A stretch of 64,000 bases of DNA from Candidatus Jorgensenbacteria bacterium (GCA_030648515.1 JAUSHK010000005.1:162895-226894); one strand, 5' to 3'; numbered from the stretch's first letter, positions 20,097 to 29,959 are shown. Numbers and translations: made by a program. The notes: generated by a model from the letters alone, not told the origin.

Positions 20097-21479
20097 ATGC
20101 AAAGCGCACAGAAAAATCTTTGGATGCTTGGTTTAATTTTTGTTTGTGCGGCCGCACTGCTTTTCAGCGTTTTTCTTGGCGCGCCTACTACTCAGGCGCA
20201 AAGCGCTTCGAATTCGCAAAGCACGCAGGACCAGCGTAGCGCGCTTGAAGCACAGCTCGCGGAACTTGAAAAGCAAGAAGCAGAATACGAAAAGACGGTG
20301 GCTAAGTACCAGACACAAGGAAAAACATTAAAGGGGGAAATTTCGGTGCTTACCGCGAAAATTTCTCAGCTTAAAAAGCAAATCACAACTGTCACGTTGA
20401 ACCTCCAAAAAATCAACGAGGAAATTACCGCCACTCAGCAGAACATCAACAAGACGGAAAACAAAATCGGCGACCATCTTAATGCAATCGCAAGCGCTCT
20501 CCGTAGTTTAAATGAAGCGGATCGGGAAAGTCTGCTTACTATTATGATGGCAAACCGTCAGCTCTCCGATTTCTTTGGAGATATCACAAATGTCGTTTTA
20601 GTTCAGCAAAGCATTAAAACCGCGCTCGACGAGATTATCAAGCTTCGCGAGGAACTGCTCCAACAAAAAGAACAATTGAGTAATGAGCGGACTGACGCGG
20701 AAAACCTTCGTCTTATCCGCCTCTCTCAGCAAAAACAGATTGAAGTTACGCAAAAAGAGAAAACCAAAATTCTTACGGTCACTAAAGGAAAGGAGTCCGA
20801 ATATCAAAAACTTCTTAAAAAAACCCAGGAGAGCGCGGCACAAATCAGGAGCCGTATCTTTGAGCTTCTAGGCGGCGGCGAACTTACATTTGAAAAGGCG
20901 TACAACTATGCAAAGCTTGCGGAAAGCGCGACAGGCGTGCGCGCAGCGCTTACTCTCGCAATCCTTGACCGCGAATCCCTACTTGGGAAAAATGTCGGGA
21001 GGTGCAATTATCAAACCGCGATGCACCCGACGCGGGATATTCCTTACTTCCTTGATTTATTAAGAAGACTCGGCATTGACCCAAACTCTGCGGCCGCATC
21101 AGTTTCATGCCCGATTTCCGCCCATGGTTCTTATGGCGGCGCAATGGGTCCCGCGCAATTTATTCCGTCAACGTGGAAATTGTATGAAACTGAGATTTCC
21201 AAGATTACGAGTAACAACCCGGCAAATCCCTGGAACAATTCAGACGCGTTTGTCGCAACCGGGCTTTATATCCAAGATCTTGAAGCTTCTGACAGCTGCA
21301 AGAGCTATGCCAATGCTAATAGCGCCACATTACCGAGACAGACGCTTATTGAGCGTTGCGCAGCCGCGAAATATTATTCAGGAAGCAGCTGGTACACATA
21401 TCGGTTTTGGTACGGCCAACCAGTGGTTGATAAAGCCAACAAGTTCCAGCAGGATATTAATGTCTTAACGGGAGCGTAA
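20097..21479 (+). CDS. secreted coiled-coil protein with C-terminal MltB-like lytic transglycosylase (SLT_2) domain
   Basis: Signal peptide, about 250 aa of heptad-rich coiled coil, then GAMGPAQFIPSTW (GxMQFxPxTW motif of family-3 lytic transglycosylases). Confidence 0.6.
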   Translation: MQSAQKNLWMLGLIFVCAAALLFSVFLGAPTTQAQSASNSQSTQDQRSALEAQLAELEKQEAEYEKTVAKYQTQGKTLKGEISVLTAKISQLKKQITTVTLNLQKINEEITATQQNINKTENKIGDHLNAIASALRSLNEADRESLLTIMMANRQLSDFFGDITNVVLVQQSIKTALDEIIKLREELLQQKEQLSNERTDAENLRLIRLSQQKQIEVTQKEKTKILTVTKGKESEYQKLLKKTQESAAQIRSRIFELLGGGELTFEKAYNYAKLAESATGVRAALTLAILDRESLLGKNVGRCNYQTAMHPTRDIPYFLDLLRRLGIDPNSAAASVSCPISAHGSYGGAMGPAQFIPSTWKLYETEISKITSNNPANPWNNSDAFVATGLYIQDLEASDSCKSYANANSATLPRQTLIERCAAAKYYSGSSWYTYRFWYGQPVVDKANKFQQDINVLTGA

Positions 21480-21486
21480 ACTAAAA

Positions 21487-21520
21487 CCGCCGCGGCGGCG
21501 CGGCGGAATTTTCGATTTTT
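21487..21520. terminator. bidirectional rho-independent terminator between convergent genes
   Basis: CCGCCGCG-GCGG-CGCGGCGG hairpin followed by AATTTTCGATTTTT, with an A-rich run on the other side. Confidence 0.7.
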
Positions 21521-22256
21521 ATTTACTAAACGCTTTCACGATTTGCTCCATTTCGCCGCCCAGTATTTTTTCAATATTGTGAAATTTTTTCCCAATTCTG
21601 TGGTCAGTGATTCTGTCTTCCGGGAAATTGTACGTTCTGATTTTCTCCGCCCGCTCGCCCGAGCCAATTTGTTCGTTGCGCAGTTCGCCGACTGATCCGA
21701 CAGCTTGCTCTTTCTGCATTTCAAAAAGTTTTGCGCGCAGAACCTCCATCGCTTTCTCGCGGTTCGCGTGCTGTGAGCGTTCTTCGCGGGACCCTACCAC
21801 TAACCCGGTTGGTTTATGCGTAATACGAACGGCGGTTTCAACTTTATTAACATTCTGCCCGCCGGGACCGCCAGCGCGCGAAAACGTAACCTCTAAGTCG
21901 CTTTCTTTTACATCCACTGCCTTCGCTTCAACGACCGGCAAAACCGCCACTGATGCGGTTGATGTATGAATTCTTCCCTGCCGCTCGGTTTCAGGAATTC
22001 GCTGTACTCGGTGCACGCCTGATTCTTGCTTCAAGGCATCGTAAACGCCGAGGCCCGCTATTTCCGCGACAAGCGTTTTATATCCGCGTGCGCCGCTCAT
22101 ACTTGAATCGAGCGTCACAAACTGCCACCCGCGCTTCGCGGCATATTTCTGATACATCCGTGCCAAGTCGCCCGCAAAAAGCGACGCTTCGTCTCCACCG
22201 GTTCCCGCGCGCACTTCAAGAATGATTTTATTAATTGTGGTTTCCATAAATACCAT
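21519..22256 (-). CDS. prfA: peptide chain release factor 1-like protein lacking N-terminal domain 1
   Basis: GGQ motif ([14 protein letters not shown]), RF1-type tripeptide region [14 protein letters not shown] (PxT class). The ORF is 245 aa and aligns to RF1 from about residue 107. An in-frame TAA lies directly upstream of the start. Confidence 0.75.
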   Translation of the reverse strand: MVFMETTINKIILEVRAGTGGDEASLFAGDLARMYQKYAAKRGWQFVTLDSSMSGARGYKTLVAEIAGLGVYDALKQESGVHRVQRIPETERQGRIHTSTASVAVLPVVEAKAVDVKESDLEVTFSRAGGPGGQNVNKVETAVRITHKPTGLVVGSREERSQHANREKAMEVLRAKLFEMQKEQAVGSVGELRNEQIGSGERAEKIRTYNFPEDRITDHRIGKKFHNIEKILGGEMEQIVKAFSK

Positions 22257-22338
22257 TTAAACACAAGAAACGCTGTTCAGCAATTGCCTTATTTCTAAAT
22301 TGCTGTATGTGATTAGATGGGGATGCTCCTTGTTCTAT

Positions 22339-22374
22339 AGCACAGGTGGTATGACATGTCATACCACCTGTGCT
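22339..22374. promoter_or_regulatory. 36-bp perfect palindrome overlapping a -10-like TATAAT in a divergent intergenic region (candidate operator)
   Basis: agcacaggtggtatgacatgtcataccacctgtgct is immediately followed by tataat (22374-22379), about 19 nt before the probable start of the HTH gene. The GGTGGTATGAC arm recurs at 22812-22835. Confidence 0.6.
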
Positions 22375-22397
22375 ATAATTATGTTATAGCTAACAAT

Positions 22398-22784
22398 ATG
22401 CCATCTCCGCTACCGTTGAAAAACCTTTCTTTATCGCACAAGGAATTGGAAAGGATGTATTGGAAGAAGATATTGAAATCCGAAAAACTTTTTGATTCGC
22501 TGATTACCTCGAGCGAACGCCACAACATAGTTATGCGTGCCGCAGTAGCGGAACTTGTAGATTCAGGAATGGGGACTCGACAAATCTCAAGAGAGCTTAG
22601 TATTTCTCGGCAAACCATAAGCAATATAAAAAGGATTACTAAAGAGAGTGCTTATAAAAGTTACCGCGAACGAGGTAAAACAGAACGGAGAAAGAAAGCG
22701 TATAACGGCAACTCTTCTCAGAAGAAAAAAGAACATGACCAGCACTACCGCCAAACTAAGTACGGAAAAGTTTACTTGCCTTGA
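22398..22784 (+). CDS. TrpR-like / YerC-YecD family helix-turn-helix protein
   Basis: ERMYWKKILKSEKLFDSLITSSERHNIVMRAAVAELVDSGMGTRQISRELSISRQTISNIKR resembles YerC/YecD and the Trp-repressor fold. The ORF is open from 22356 but the palindrome overlaps that start. Stop is TGA. Confidence 0.55.
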   Translation: MPSPLPLKNLSLSHKELERMYWKKILKSEKLFDSLITSSERHNIVMRAAVAELVDSGMGTRQISRELSISRQTISNIKRITKESAYKSYRERGKTERRKKAYNGNSSQKKKEHDQHYRQTKYGKVYLP

Positions 22785-22802
22785 TTACTTGATATTAAAT
22801 TT

Positions 22803-22849
22803 CAGATTTTGGGTGGTATGACACGTCATACCACCGCGCTTTAAATCTG
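22803..22849. terminator. extended hairpin between convergent genes (bidirectional terminator candidate; shares an arm with the 22339 palindrome)
   Basis: cagatttt-G-GGTGGTATGAC-ac-GTCATACCACC-gcgc-tttaaatctg. The outer stem overlaps the fba stop codon. Confidence 0.55.
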
Positions 22850-23710
22850 TGTTCTATTAAACAAACGCAGTTTTTTCTCTATCACCTTTTCCATTTCTCC
22901 AACAACATCCGCCATTACTTTATACGGCGCAACTTCGTTTTTATTTTCTTCTAGTTCATGCTCAACTCCGCTGCGCCACGCGGCGCGCAATTCCGTTGAA
23001 ATGTGAATTATGGAAATGCCGGCGTCAATCGCGGAAATAAAATCTTCATCCGATATTCCCGAACCGCCGTGTAAAACTAATGGGATATTTACCGATTGTT
23101 TTATCGCGCGAATGCGCGGAATATCAAGCCGCGGATTCGGCGCGTTCTTGAACATCCCGTGGACGTTCCCGACTGCCGGCGCAAGCAAGTCAATACTGGT
23201 TTCTTTTACAAATTTTTGAGCGTCTTCCGGCTTCGTAAAACTTTCGGCGGATATCGCGGCGTCTTCCGGCAATTTTTCCAAAATCTCAGACCCTCCGCCG
23301 ATATACCCGAGTTCTCCCTCAACTAAAACATCCGACGCGATAGATTTTGCAACATGGATTGCTTCTTGTGTTTGTTTTATATTCTCATCAAGTGGTAATT
23401 TTCCGCCGTCAAAAAGAACCGCGTCAAATCCCGCTTCAACTGCCTCGCGGACTTTTTCTGTTGAATGCGTGTGGTCGGCATTCAAGTATATTTCTAAGCC
23501 CTCATTTCGGAAGCTTTCAATAAGCGCAACCACTTGATCAACGCCTATAAATTCGCGTTCGCCTTCCGAAACGCCCACAATAACAGAAACATTCAGTTTC
23601 CTTACGACGCCAACAATTGCATTTAATTGCTCAAGGTTTGACACATTAAAATGTCCGATGGCAATTTTTTTCTTCTCCGCGTCTTTTATAACCTCGGCAA
23701 GGCTTCTCAT
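22841..23710 (-). CDS. fba: class II fructose/tagatose-bisphosphate aldolase
   Basis: 289 aa. HFNVSNLEQLNAIV..., GGSGISDEDF and His-rich Zn-site motifs of the class II ketose-bisphosphate aldolase family. Confidence 0.8.
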   Translation of the reverse strand: MRSLAEVIKDAEKKKIAIGHFNVSNLEQLNAIVGVVRKLNVSVIVGVSEGEREFIGVDQVVALIESFRNEGLEIYLNADHTHSTEKVREAVEAGFDAVLFDGGKLPLDENIKQTQEAIHVAKSIASDVLVEGELGYIGGGSEILEKLPEDAAISAESFTKPEDAQKFVKETSIDLLAPAVGNVHGMFKNAPNPRLDIPRIRAIKQSVNIPLVLHGGSGISDEDFISAIDAGISIIHISTELRAAWRSGVEHELEENKNEVAPYKVMADVVGEMEKVIEKKLRLFNRTQI

Positions 23711-24711
23711 AATTTATTTACTTTTATTGCTAATTTTTTCCATCGCGCATCGTGATACTCACGCTTATGCAAAATTCCCTTCTGCGCTCCAACATATTCC
23801 ACGACGGACGCCGAATTCGCCATTCCCATGCGAATTGCTTCCTCGATGCTTTTTGTTTTCATTATGCCAACCACGAATGCCGAGCTGAACGCATCGCCTG
23901 CGCCTGTGCTGTCAATAAATTTTTCTTTATGGAAAGCGGGGGATTCAAATATATTCGAACCGTCCGACACAAACGCGCCTTTCTTTCCGTCAGTCATAAC
24001 CGCGATGCCGGGCACGATATCGTCAAACTTTTTAAAAATCCCGCGCGTGTTTTCATATGAAACGCCGGTTATACGCGACGCCTCCTCGCGGTTTACGAGA
24101 ACGATGTCAACTTCATGCAGTATTTTGTGCAGTTTTGCTTTCGGAAGCGCGATGTAGTGTTTTGAAGGATTAAATGCAATGAATGTATTGTTTTTCTTTA
24201 ATGTCGCGACGATTTTTTCAATTACAGGAAATGAAATTCCTCCTGGGGCGATATATGCCCATTTTGCGTTTAGTTTACTGAAGGGTACTTCTCTTTCTTC
24301 TAAAGATTCGGATGCTCCGCGATATACAAGAATTGTGCGTTCTCCGCCTGACGAGAGAAGAATGGTTGAATATGCCGTTCTGCGCTTCGCATCGCGAACT
24401 ACAAATGCTTCAATTTTTTCTTTTTTTAACGATGAAGTTATTTCGTCTCCGGATGGGTCATTTCCTATTCGAATGAGCGACGCCGTTTTTAACCCGTATC
24501 GCGCGAAGGTAACCGCGGTATTCGTCGCTCCGCCACCGACGGTAATTTCCGCGTCCTCAATCTCAATTTTTGAGCCAAGAGCGAAGCATTCCGCCTCGCC
24601 TGTTATAAATCCGAGCTTTTCAAGATGCTTCTTGGCACGCAAAATTTTAAAAAGTTTGCTTTTTAAAAATACATCACGCGTTGCGGTTCCGATGGTTATA
24701 ATGTCGAACAT
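23707..24711 (-). CDS. PfkB-family carbohydrate kinase (probable phosphofructokinase-type sugar kinase)
   Basis: Ribokinase-superfamily motifs GGGATNTAV and DSTGAGDAFSSAF. It lies between the aldolase and transketolase genes. Confidence 0.75.
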   Translation of the reverse strand: MFDIITIGTATRDVFLKSKLFKILRAKKHLEKLGFITGEAECFALGSKIEIEDAEITVGGGATNTAVTFARYGLKTASLIRIGNDPSGDEITSSLKKEKIEAFVVRDAKRRTAYSTILLSSGGERTILVYRGASESLEEREVPFSKLNAKWAYIAPGGISFPVIEKIVATLKKNNTFIAFNPSKHYIALPKAKLHKILHEVDIVLVNREEASRITGVSYENTRGIFKKFDDIVPGIAVMTDGKKGAFVSDGSNIFESPAFHKEKFIDSTGAGDAFSSAFVVGIMKTKSIEEAIRMGMANSASVVEYVGAQKGILHKREYHDARWKKLAIKVNKL

Positions 24712-24712
24712 T

Positions 24713-25705
24713 CTATTTTTTCCGTTTCAAAACTTTTTTGACCGCTTTCACGATATCCCGCGTGGTGAGGCCGTATTTTTTCATGAGGTCGTCCGGATTC
24801 CCTGATTCGCCGAACGTGTCATGGATTCCGACCATCTCAATCGGAAGCGGAAAATGTTTTGCGAACAGTTCCGCGATTGCGCCTCCGAGTCCCCCGCTTA
24901 TCTGATGCTCTTCCGCGGTTACCATTGCTTTTGTCTGCTTTCCATATTTCAAAAGCGTTGCTTCATCTAACGGCTTTATTGTGTGAATGTTTAAAACAAT
25001 TGCGCCGATTTTTTCTTTTTCAAGCTCGCGCGCGGCGAGAAGCGCTTGGTAGACCATTGTCCCGCACGCGGCAATCGTTACACTCGGTCTAGTGGATTCC
25101 CAAAACACTTCTGCTTTTGCCGGAGTGAACGGCGTGTCATTAGTTGTAACCACCGGCGTTTTCTCGCGCGCAAACCGGATATATACCGGACCCATAATAT
25201 GCGCCGCGGCTTCCGTTGCTTTTTTCGCTTCAATCGCATCGCACGGAACAAATACTTTCATATTCGGCATTACGCGCATAATTGCAATATCCTCCGTCGC
25301 TTGATGTGTTGCGCCGTCCGGACCCACTGATATGCCGGCGTGATGCCCCGCGATTTTCACATTCGCGTCATTATACGCAATCGTCGTGCGAATTTGTTCC
25401 CAGTTTCTGCCTGGGGAAAACACCGCGTATGAAGAAACGAACGGAATCTTTCCCGAAATGCCGAGGCCCGCCGCGATTGTCGCGAGATTTTGCTCCGCAA
25501 CGCCAACCTCAAAAAACCGCTCCGGAAACCTTTTCGCAAACTCTTCGCACCGCGTTGATTCGCGCAAATCAGCCGAGAGCGCGACAATATTTTTATTTTC
25601 TCCGCCGGCAATTACCAACCCTTCGCCGTAGCCGTCCCGAATGGCTTTCATTTCCACATCATCCTTGAATAACCCGCTATTTAATTTTGCCTCTTTATTT
25701 AACAT
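24713..25705 (-). CDS. transketolase, C-terminal subunit (split transketolase)
   Basis: Pyrimidine-binding and C-terminal domains (FEVGVAEQNLATIAAGL...). Abuts the N-terminal subunit gene. Confidence 0.85.
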   Translation of the reverse strand: MLNKEAKLNSGLFKDDVEMKAIRDGYGEGLVIAGGENKNIVALSADLRESTRCEEFAKRFPERFFEVGVAEQNLATIAAGLGISGKIPFVSSYAVFSPGRNWEQIRTTIAYNDANVKIAGHHAGISVGPDGATHQATEDIAIMRVMPNMKVFVPCDAIEAKKATEAAAHIMGPVYIRFAREKTPVVTTNDTPFTPAKAEVFWESTRPSVTIAACGTMVYQALLAARELEKEKIGAIVLNIHTIKPLDEATLLKYGKQTKAMVTAEEHQISGGLGGAIAELFAKHFPLPIEMVGIHDTFGESGNPDDLMKKYGLTTRDIVKAVKKVLKRKK

Positions 25706-25709
25706 ATGA

Positions 25710-26570
25710 TTATTCGTGCTCTGATTTTATTCTATTTCCAAGCGTGCGAAGTTCTGAAATTGCTTTTCTCGCCTCGTCTTTTGTCGGCGGCTTTCCGTGC
25801 CAGCGGTAATCCTGTTCCATAAAATCAACGCCTTTTCCCGGAATCGTGTGGGCGATTATCGCCGTCGGCGCTTCGTAGACCGCCTGTGCTTCACGAATCG
25901 CATCAATGATTTGTTCAATATTATGCCCGTCAATTTCCAAAACGTGCCAGCGGAACGCCTCGTATTTTTTGCGCAATGATTCAAGCGGCATTATATCTTC
26001 CGTAAACCCGCTGATCTGGATGTTGTTGCGGTCAATAATCGCCGTGAGGTTTGCGAGCCGGCGTTTTCCCGCAAACATAATCGCTTCCCATGTGTTGCCT
26101 TCCTGGTGTTCCGCGTCCGACATCATGCAATAGATCTGCCGGCGCGATTTATCCAATTCCGCCGCGAGCGTCATGCCGATTGCCTGTGAGAGGCCGCTTC
26201 CTAAGGGGCCTGACGTTGTTTCAATTCCTGGGATGGACCCGCGGTGCGGGTGCCCTTGAAGCCGCGAATTGATTTTTCGGAGCGTTTTGAGTTCTTCAAT
26301 CGGAAAATACCCCGCAAGCGCAAGCGCGGCATATTGCACTGGGCAGATGTGGCCGTTTGAAACAACTAATCTGTCGCGCTCGCTCCAGTGCGGATTTTTG
26401 GGGTCGTGTTTTAAAATATGAAAATAGAGCGCGGAAAAAATATCCGCCATTCCTAATGGTCCGGCGGAATGTCCGGAACCGGCCTCAACCAACATTTCAA
26501 CAATGTGTTCGCGAATCCTGTTTGCGGTTAATTCAAGATATCTTGTCTTCTTTTCTGTGAGTGAGTCCAT
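25710..26570 (-). CDS. transketolase, N-terminal subunit (TPP-binding)
   Basis: GHSAGPLGMADIFSALYF and GxG...N TPP-binding motifs. 286 aa. Confidence 0.85.
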   Translation of the reverse strand: MDSLTEKKTRYLELTANRIREHIVEMLVEAGSGHSAGPLGMADIFSALYFHILKHDPKNPHWSERDRLVVSNGHICPVQYAALALAGYFPIEELKTLRKINSRLQGHPHRGSIPGIETTSGPLGSGLSQAIGMTLAAELDKSRRQIYCMMSDAEHQEGNTWEAIMFAGKRRLANLTAIIDRNNIQISGFTEDIMPLESLRKKYEAFRWHVLEIDGHNIEQIIDAIREAQAVYEAPTAIIAHTIPGKGVDFMEQDYRWHGKPPTKDEARKAISELRTLGNRIKSEHE

Positions 26571-26641
26571 TAGAAATAATTATACCATTGTAATAACCTC
26601 CTCTATGCACTCACGTGAGTGGTTTCCTGGTAAAGTAAAAA

Positions 26642-26667
26642 CCCCGCATCAATAAATTGACGCGGGG
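26642..26667 (-). terminator. rho-independent terminator candidate downstream of the hypothetical gene at 26696
   Basis: CCCCGC-aTCAATaaATTGAc-GCGGGG hairpin. A U-run on the minus strand follows it (plus-strand gtaaagtaaaaa precedes it). Confidence 0.55.
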
Positions 26668-26695
26668 AAATAAATCAGTTTCTTATTATTCCTAT

Positions 26696-27103
26696 TTAAA
26701 TGAAACGATCTACTGCATTTGCAATTAGGATAAATGATTCGGCGCCGGTCGGCCACAAGTGACGAAAATTAGTTTCCAGGCCTACAATCGTGACTTCTTC
26801 TCCTCTAGAGGAGAACCGTTTGAATTTCCCTTTCTTGCTTTTAGGACGTATCACTATGTCAAAATCTCCATTATCAGAAGGGTTTGTTTTCGGATGGTAG
26901 AAGTAATATTCACACCTATCTCCAACGCCTCCAAAATCAACTTTCACAAATGCATATCCTAGGCATTTAAAACGCTCGCCATTCTTAATAATTTTTGGAG
27001 CTCGAAAAGCCGTCTCAAGCGTCTCAAGAAGCGACTCAAATGAATTAGCTTCGTATTCGACTTCATGCGGAAATTTTAGATTTACTAACATGAAAGTTTC
27101 CAT
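26696..27103 (-). CDS. hypothetical protein
   Basis: 135-aa ORF with no recognisable motif. Isolated between terminator-like hairpins. Confidence 0.4.
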   Translation of the reverse strand: METFMLVNLKFPHEVEYEANSFESLLETLETAFRAPKIIKNGERFKCLGYAFVKVDFGGVGDRCEYYFYHPKTNPSDNGDFDIVIRPKSKKGKFKRFSSRGEEVTIVGLETNFRHLWPTGAESFILIANAVDRFI

Positions 27104-27213
27104 TACATACTCCTTTCTTGCTGTTTTGGGATTTGTTAATTACAACTAAACTATTTAAAAAATAGCACAGTATCTATTTATAGTCAAGTTTTTAGAGCCT
27201 AGCTCTTAACCTT

Positions 27214-28818
27214 CTATTGTTTCAGCGCCGCGCCGATAAATCCTAAAAACAGCGGGTGCGGTTCAAGGAAACGCGATTTGAATTCAGGATGCGCCTGCGT
27301 CGCGACGAAAAACGGATGGCCAGGAAGTTCAATGAAGTCAACGAGCCGCGCGTCTGATTTCGCAAAACCGGAAAAAACGAGTCCGTTCTTTTCGAGCGCC
27401 GCGTGATATTTCGGATTTACTTCGTAGCGATGGCGGTGGCGCTCGGCGATTTCCTGTTTTCCATATAATTTCGCGACAAGCGTCCCCTTTTTCGCCCGCA
27501 CTTTCCAGCTCCCGAGGCGCATCGTGCCGCCAAGATTTTTTACATCTTTTTGCTCCGCTAAAATATCAACAACCGGATGCGGCGTTTTCACATCAAATTC
27601 GGTGCTGTTCGCGCCCTTGAGTCCGCATTTGTTCCGCGCAAATTCAATCACCGCGGTTTGAAGACCGAGGCATAATCCCAAAAACGGAATCTTATGTTCG
27701 CGGGCATATTGGATTGCCGCGATTTTCCCTTCAACGCCGCGCTTTCCGAAACCGCCCGGAACTAAAATGCCGCGGGCATCCTTGAGCATGTCCCCAACAT
27801 TGTCGTTTTCCGCGTCAATGTGGACTATTTCAATTTTCGCCCCGTGCGCGATGCCCGCTGAAAAAAGCGCCTCCTCAACAGATATATATGCGTCCGAGTG
27901 CTCAGTGTATTTTCCGACCAATGCGATTTTGATATGCTTTCGCATTGATTTCACGCGCTGGATTGCGTGCCGCCACTCTACAAAATCCGGCTTTTTGGGC
28001 CGCACACCGATTTCTTCTAAAATAAGGTCGTCTAAACGCGCTTTTTTGAAATTGAGCGGAGCTTCGTACACAGTTGTCGCAACATCAATGCCCTGAATAA
28101 TGTGATTTTGGGGAACGCTCGTGAATAGAGAAATTTTTTCCTGGTTGTCTTTTGAGAGCGGGCGCTTGCACCGGACGATTAAAAAGTTCGGCTGGATTCC
28201 TTTTGAGCGAAGAAGCGCGACTGATTGCTGAATCGGCTTTGTTTTGCTTTCATCGGACGGAAAGATGTAATCAATTTTCACAACCTGCACGAATTTCACG
28301 TTCTCGCTTCCGTAGTCGCGGTGAATCTGCCGCGCCGCTTCAAGGAACGGCTCGCCTTCAATGTCACCGACCGTGCCGCCGATTTCAATAATAGTAATAT
28401 CGGGCTTGTGCTTCCGCGACGCCGTGATAATCCGCCGTTTGATTTCATCCGTCACGTGCGGAATCACCTGAATCGTTCTTCCTAAGAAATCTCCGCGGCG
28501 CTCCAAGTCCATCACGTGAGCGTAGACAGAACCGGACGTAAAATTTGAGTCCCGCGTGAGACTCAAACCAGTGAAACGTTCATAGTGCCCGAGGTCAAGA
28601 TCGGTTTCCGCGCCATCATCCGTCACAAACACCTCGCCGTGCTGGTACGGATTCATCGTGCCCGCGTCTTTATTTAAATATGGATCTGCTTTTATCGGCA
28701 GAACCGAAATGCCACGCGATTGCAGAAGGCTCGTGATTGAAGCAACAGTAACTCCTTTTCCGATTCCCGACACGATTCCGCCAAGCACAAAAATAAATTT
28801 TTGATTTTGTTTAGGCAT
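27214..28818 (-). CDS. pyrG: CTP synthase
   Basis: KFIFVLGGIVSGIGKGV N-terminal P-loop and a C-terminal glutamine amidotransferase domain (GLCLGLQ). Probable start is MPKQNQ at 28818; the ORF is open to 28899. Confidence 0.9.
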   Translation of the reverse strand: MPKQNQKFIFVLGGIVSGIGKGVTVASITSLLQSRGISVLPIKADPYLNKDAGTMNPYQHGEVFVTDDGAETDLDLGHYERFTGLSLTRDSNFTSGSVYAHVMDLERRGDFLGRTIQVIPHVTDEIKRRIITASRKHKPDITIIEIGGTVGDIEGEPFLEAARQIHRDYGSENVKFVQVVKIDYIFPSDESKTKPIQQSVALLRSKGIQPNFLIVRCKRPLSKDNQEKISLFTSVPQNHIIQGIDVATTVYEAPLNFKKARLDDLILEEIGVRPKKPDFVEWRHAIQRVKSMRKHIKIALVGKYTEHSDAYISVEEALFSAGIAHGAKIEIVHIDAENDNVGDMLKDARGILVPGGFGKRGVEGKIAAIQYAREHKIPFLGLCLGLQTAVIEFARNKCGLKGANSTEFDVKTPHPVVDILAEQKDVKNLGGTMRLGSWKVRAKKGTLVAKLYGKQEIAERHRHRYEVNPKYHAALEKNGLVFSGFAKSDARLVDFIELPGHPFFVATQAHPEFKSRFLEPHPLFLGFIGAALKQ

Positions 28819-28831
28819 ATTTGCGTGCGCG

Positions 28832-29467
28832 TTAAGCTGCCTCAAGTTTTCTATAACTTTCGAGCGGATTTTGGCTTTCGAAAATGTACGATCCAACAAC
28901 TACACTGTCGGCACCGGCTTTTCTAACTTCGGGAATTATCTCGGGCGTAATTCCTCCATCGGTTTCTATCGTAGCACTGGGAAAATGTTCGCGCAAAAAG
29001 GAAATCTTCCCGAGCGCAGAACGATTGAACACTTGGCCCGACGGCCCCGGAGGAACGGCAAGAACCTGGATAAAAGTTATGTATTCTCCATACGGAATGA
29101 GGGTTTCGGGCGCCGTGTCCGGCGCGATTGCGAAGCCGATTTCGCTCTCGTGAAGCTCGGCGTCAAGCGTTTTTATATCCACAGGTCCCGGGTGGACAAT
29201 AATTCGTTCCGCTCCAATACGCATCCATTGTGTCGCGCGGTCAAGTACGTTTTTTGCCATAATATGCACCTCAAGGTGCACATGGCGCGGGCAATGCATG
29301 GCAAGTAATTTCTTGAATTCTTCCGGCTCGTCCCACGTTGAAATATGCGCAAAATCTTTTTCCGCTACATCAATATGCACCCAGTCCGACGGCAATGTTG
29401 CGAGAATTTTTATTCTGTTTTCAGCGCATGCCTTATCCGCACAATTGATGGAAGGGATGATTTTCAT
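28832..29467 (-). CDS. rpe: ribulose-phosphate 3-epimerase
   Basis: 211-aa TIM-barrel with a PSINCAD...HIDVAEKDF start and the usual His/Asp metal-ligand pattern. Confidence 0.75.
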   Translation of the reverse strand: MKIIPSINCADKACAENRIKILATLPSDWVHIDVAEKDFAHISTWDEPEEFKKLLAMHCPRHVHLEVHIMAKNVLDRATQWMRIGAERIIVHPGPVDIKTLDAELHESEIGFAIAPDTAPETLIPYGEYITFIQVLAVPPGPSGQVFNRSALGKISFLREHFPSATIETDGGITPEIIPEVRKAGADSVVVGSYIFESQNPLESYRKLEAA

Positions 29468-29472
29468 AAAAA

Positions 29473-29952
29473 TTATAATCCGCGGTCATGCTTTATTTCG
29501 GCGACCACTGTTTCAATGTGATCAATTTTGCGAAGGCGGTTTTTGTGCCGCTCATCTTCAGAAAACGGCGTTTCGAGCCATGTGGATATGATTTTTATAG
29601 CATCTTCCGGCTCAATATAATTTGCGCCGAGTGAAAGGATGTTTGAATTGTCGTCAGCGCGGCTATCAAATGCCTGATTCGGGGTTCCGGCAAGCGCCGA
29701 ACGGACGTGCGGAAATTTATTCGCCACGATATCAACGCCAACACCGGAACCACAGAATAAAATTCCCCTGCCGCGTTCAAAATCAACGCTTACTTTTTGC
29801 GCAACTTTTTGCGCAAAGTCCGGATAGTCGTCGGATTCGTCATACACTGCGTTTCCTAAATCCACCACCGGATACCCGCGATCAAGCAGAACTTGTTTTA
29901 CGTGCTCTTTTAATTGAAATCCGCGGTGGTCCGCGCCGAGATAGATAACCAT
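29473..29952 (-). CDS. rpiB: ribose-5-phosphate isomerase B
   Basis: MVIYLGADHRGFQLKEH...GSGVGVDIVANKFPHVRSA matches the RpiB/LacAB family. The ORF is open to 29994, but a start at 29952 avoids overlapping the upstream stop. Confidence 0.8.
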   Translation of the reverse strand: MVIYLGADHRGFQLKEHVKQVLLDRGYPVVDLGNAVYDESDDYPDFAQKVAQKVSVDFERGRGILFCGSGVGVDIVANKFPHVRSALAGTPNQAFDSRADDNSNILSLGANYIEPEDAIKIISTWLETPFSEDERHKNRLRKIDHIETVVAEIKHDRGL

Positions 29953-29959
29953 GGTTCCA

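Noticed and set aside
22257-22356. Programmed +1 frameshift (prfB-like) supplying the missing N-terminal domain of the release factor
   Set aside because: The codon-recognition motif is RF1-type (PET), not RF2 SPF. Only about 100 bp lie upstream before the divergent gene. An in-frame TAA directly precedes the ATG.
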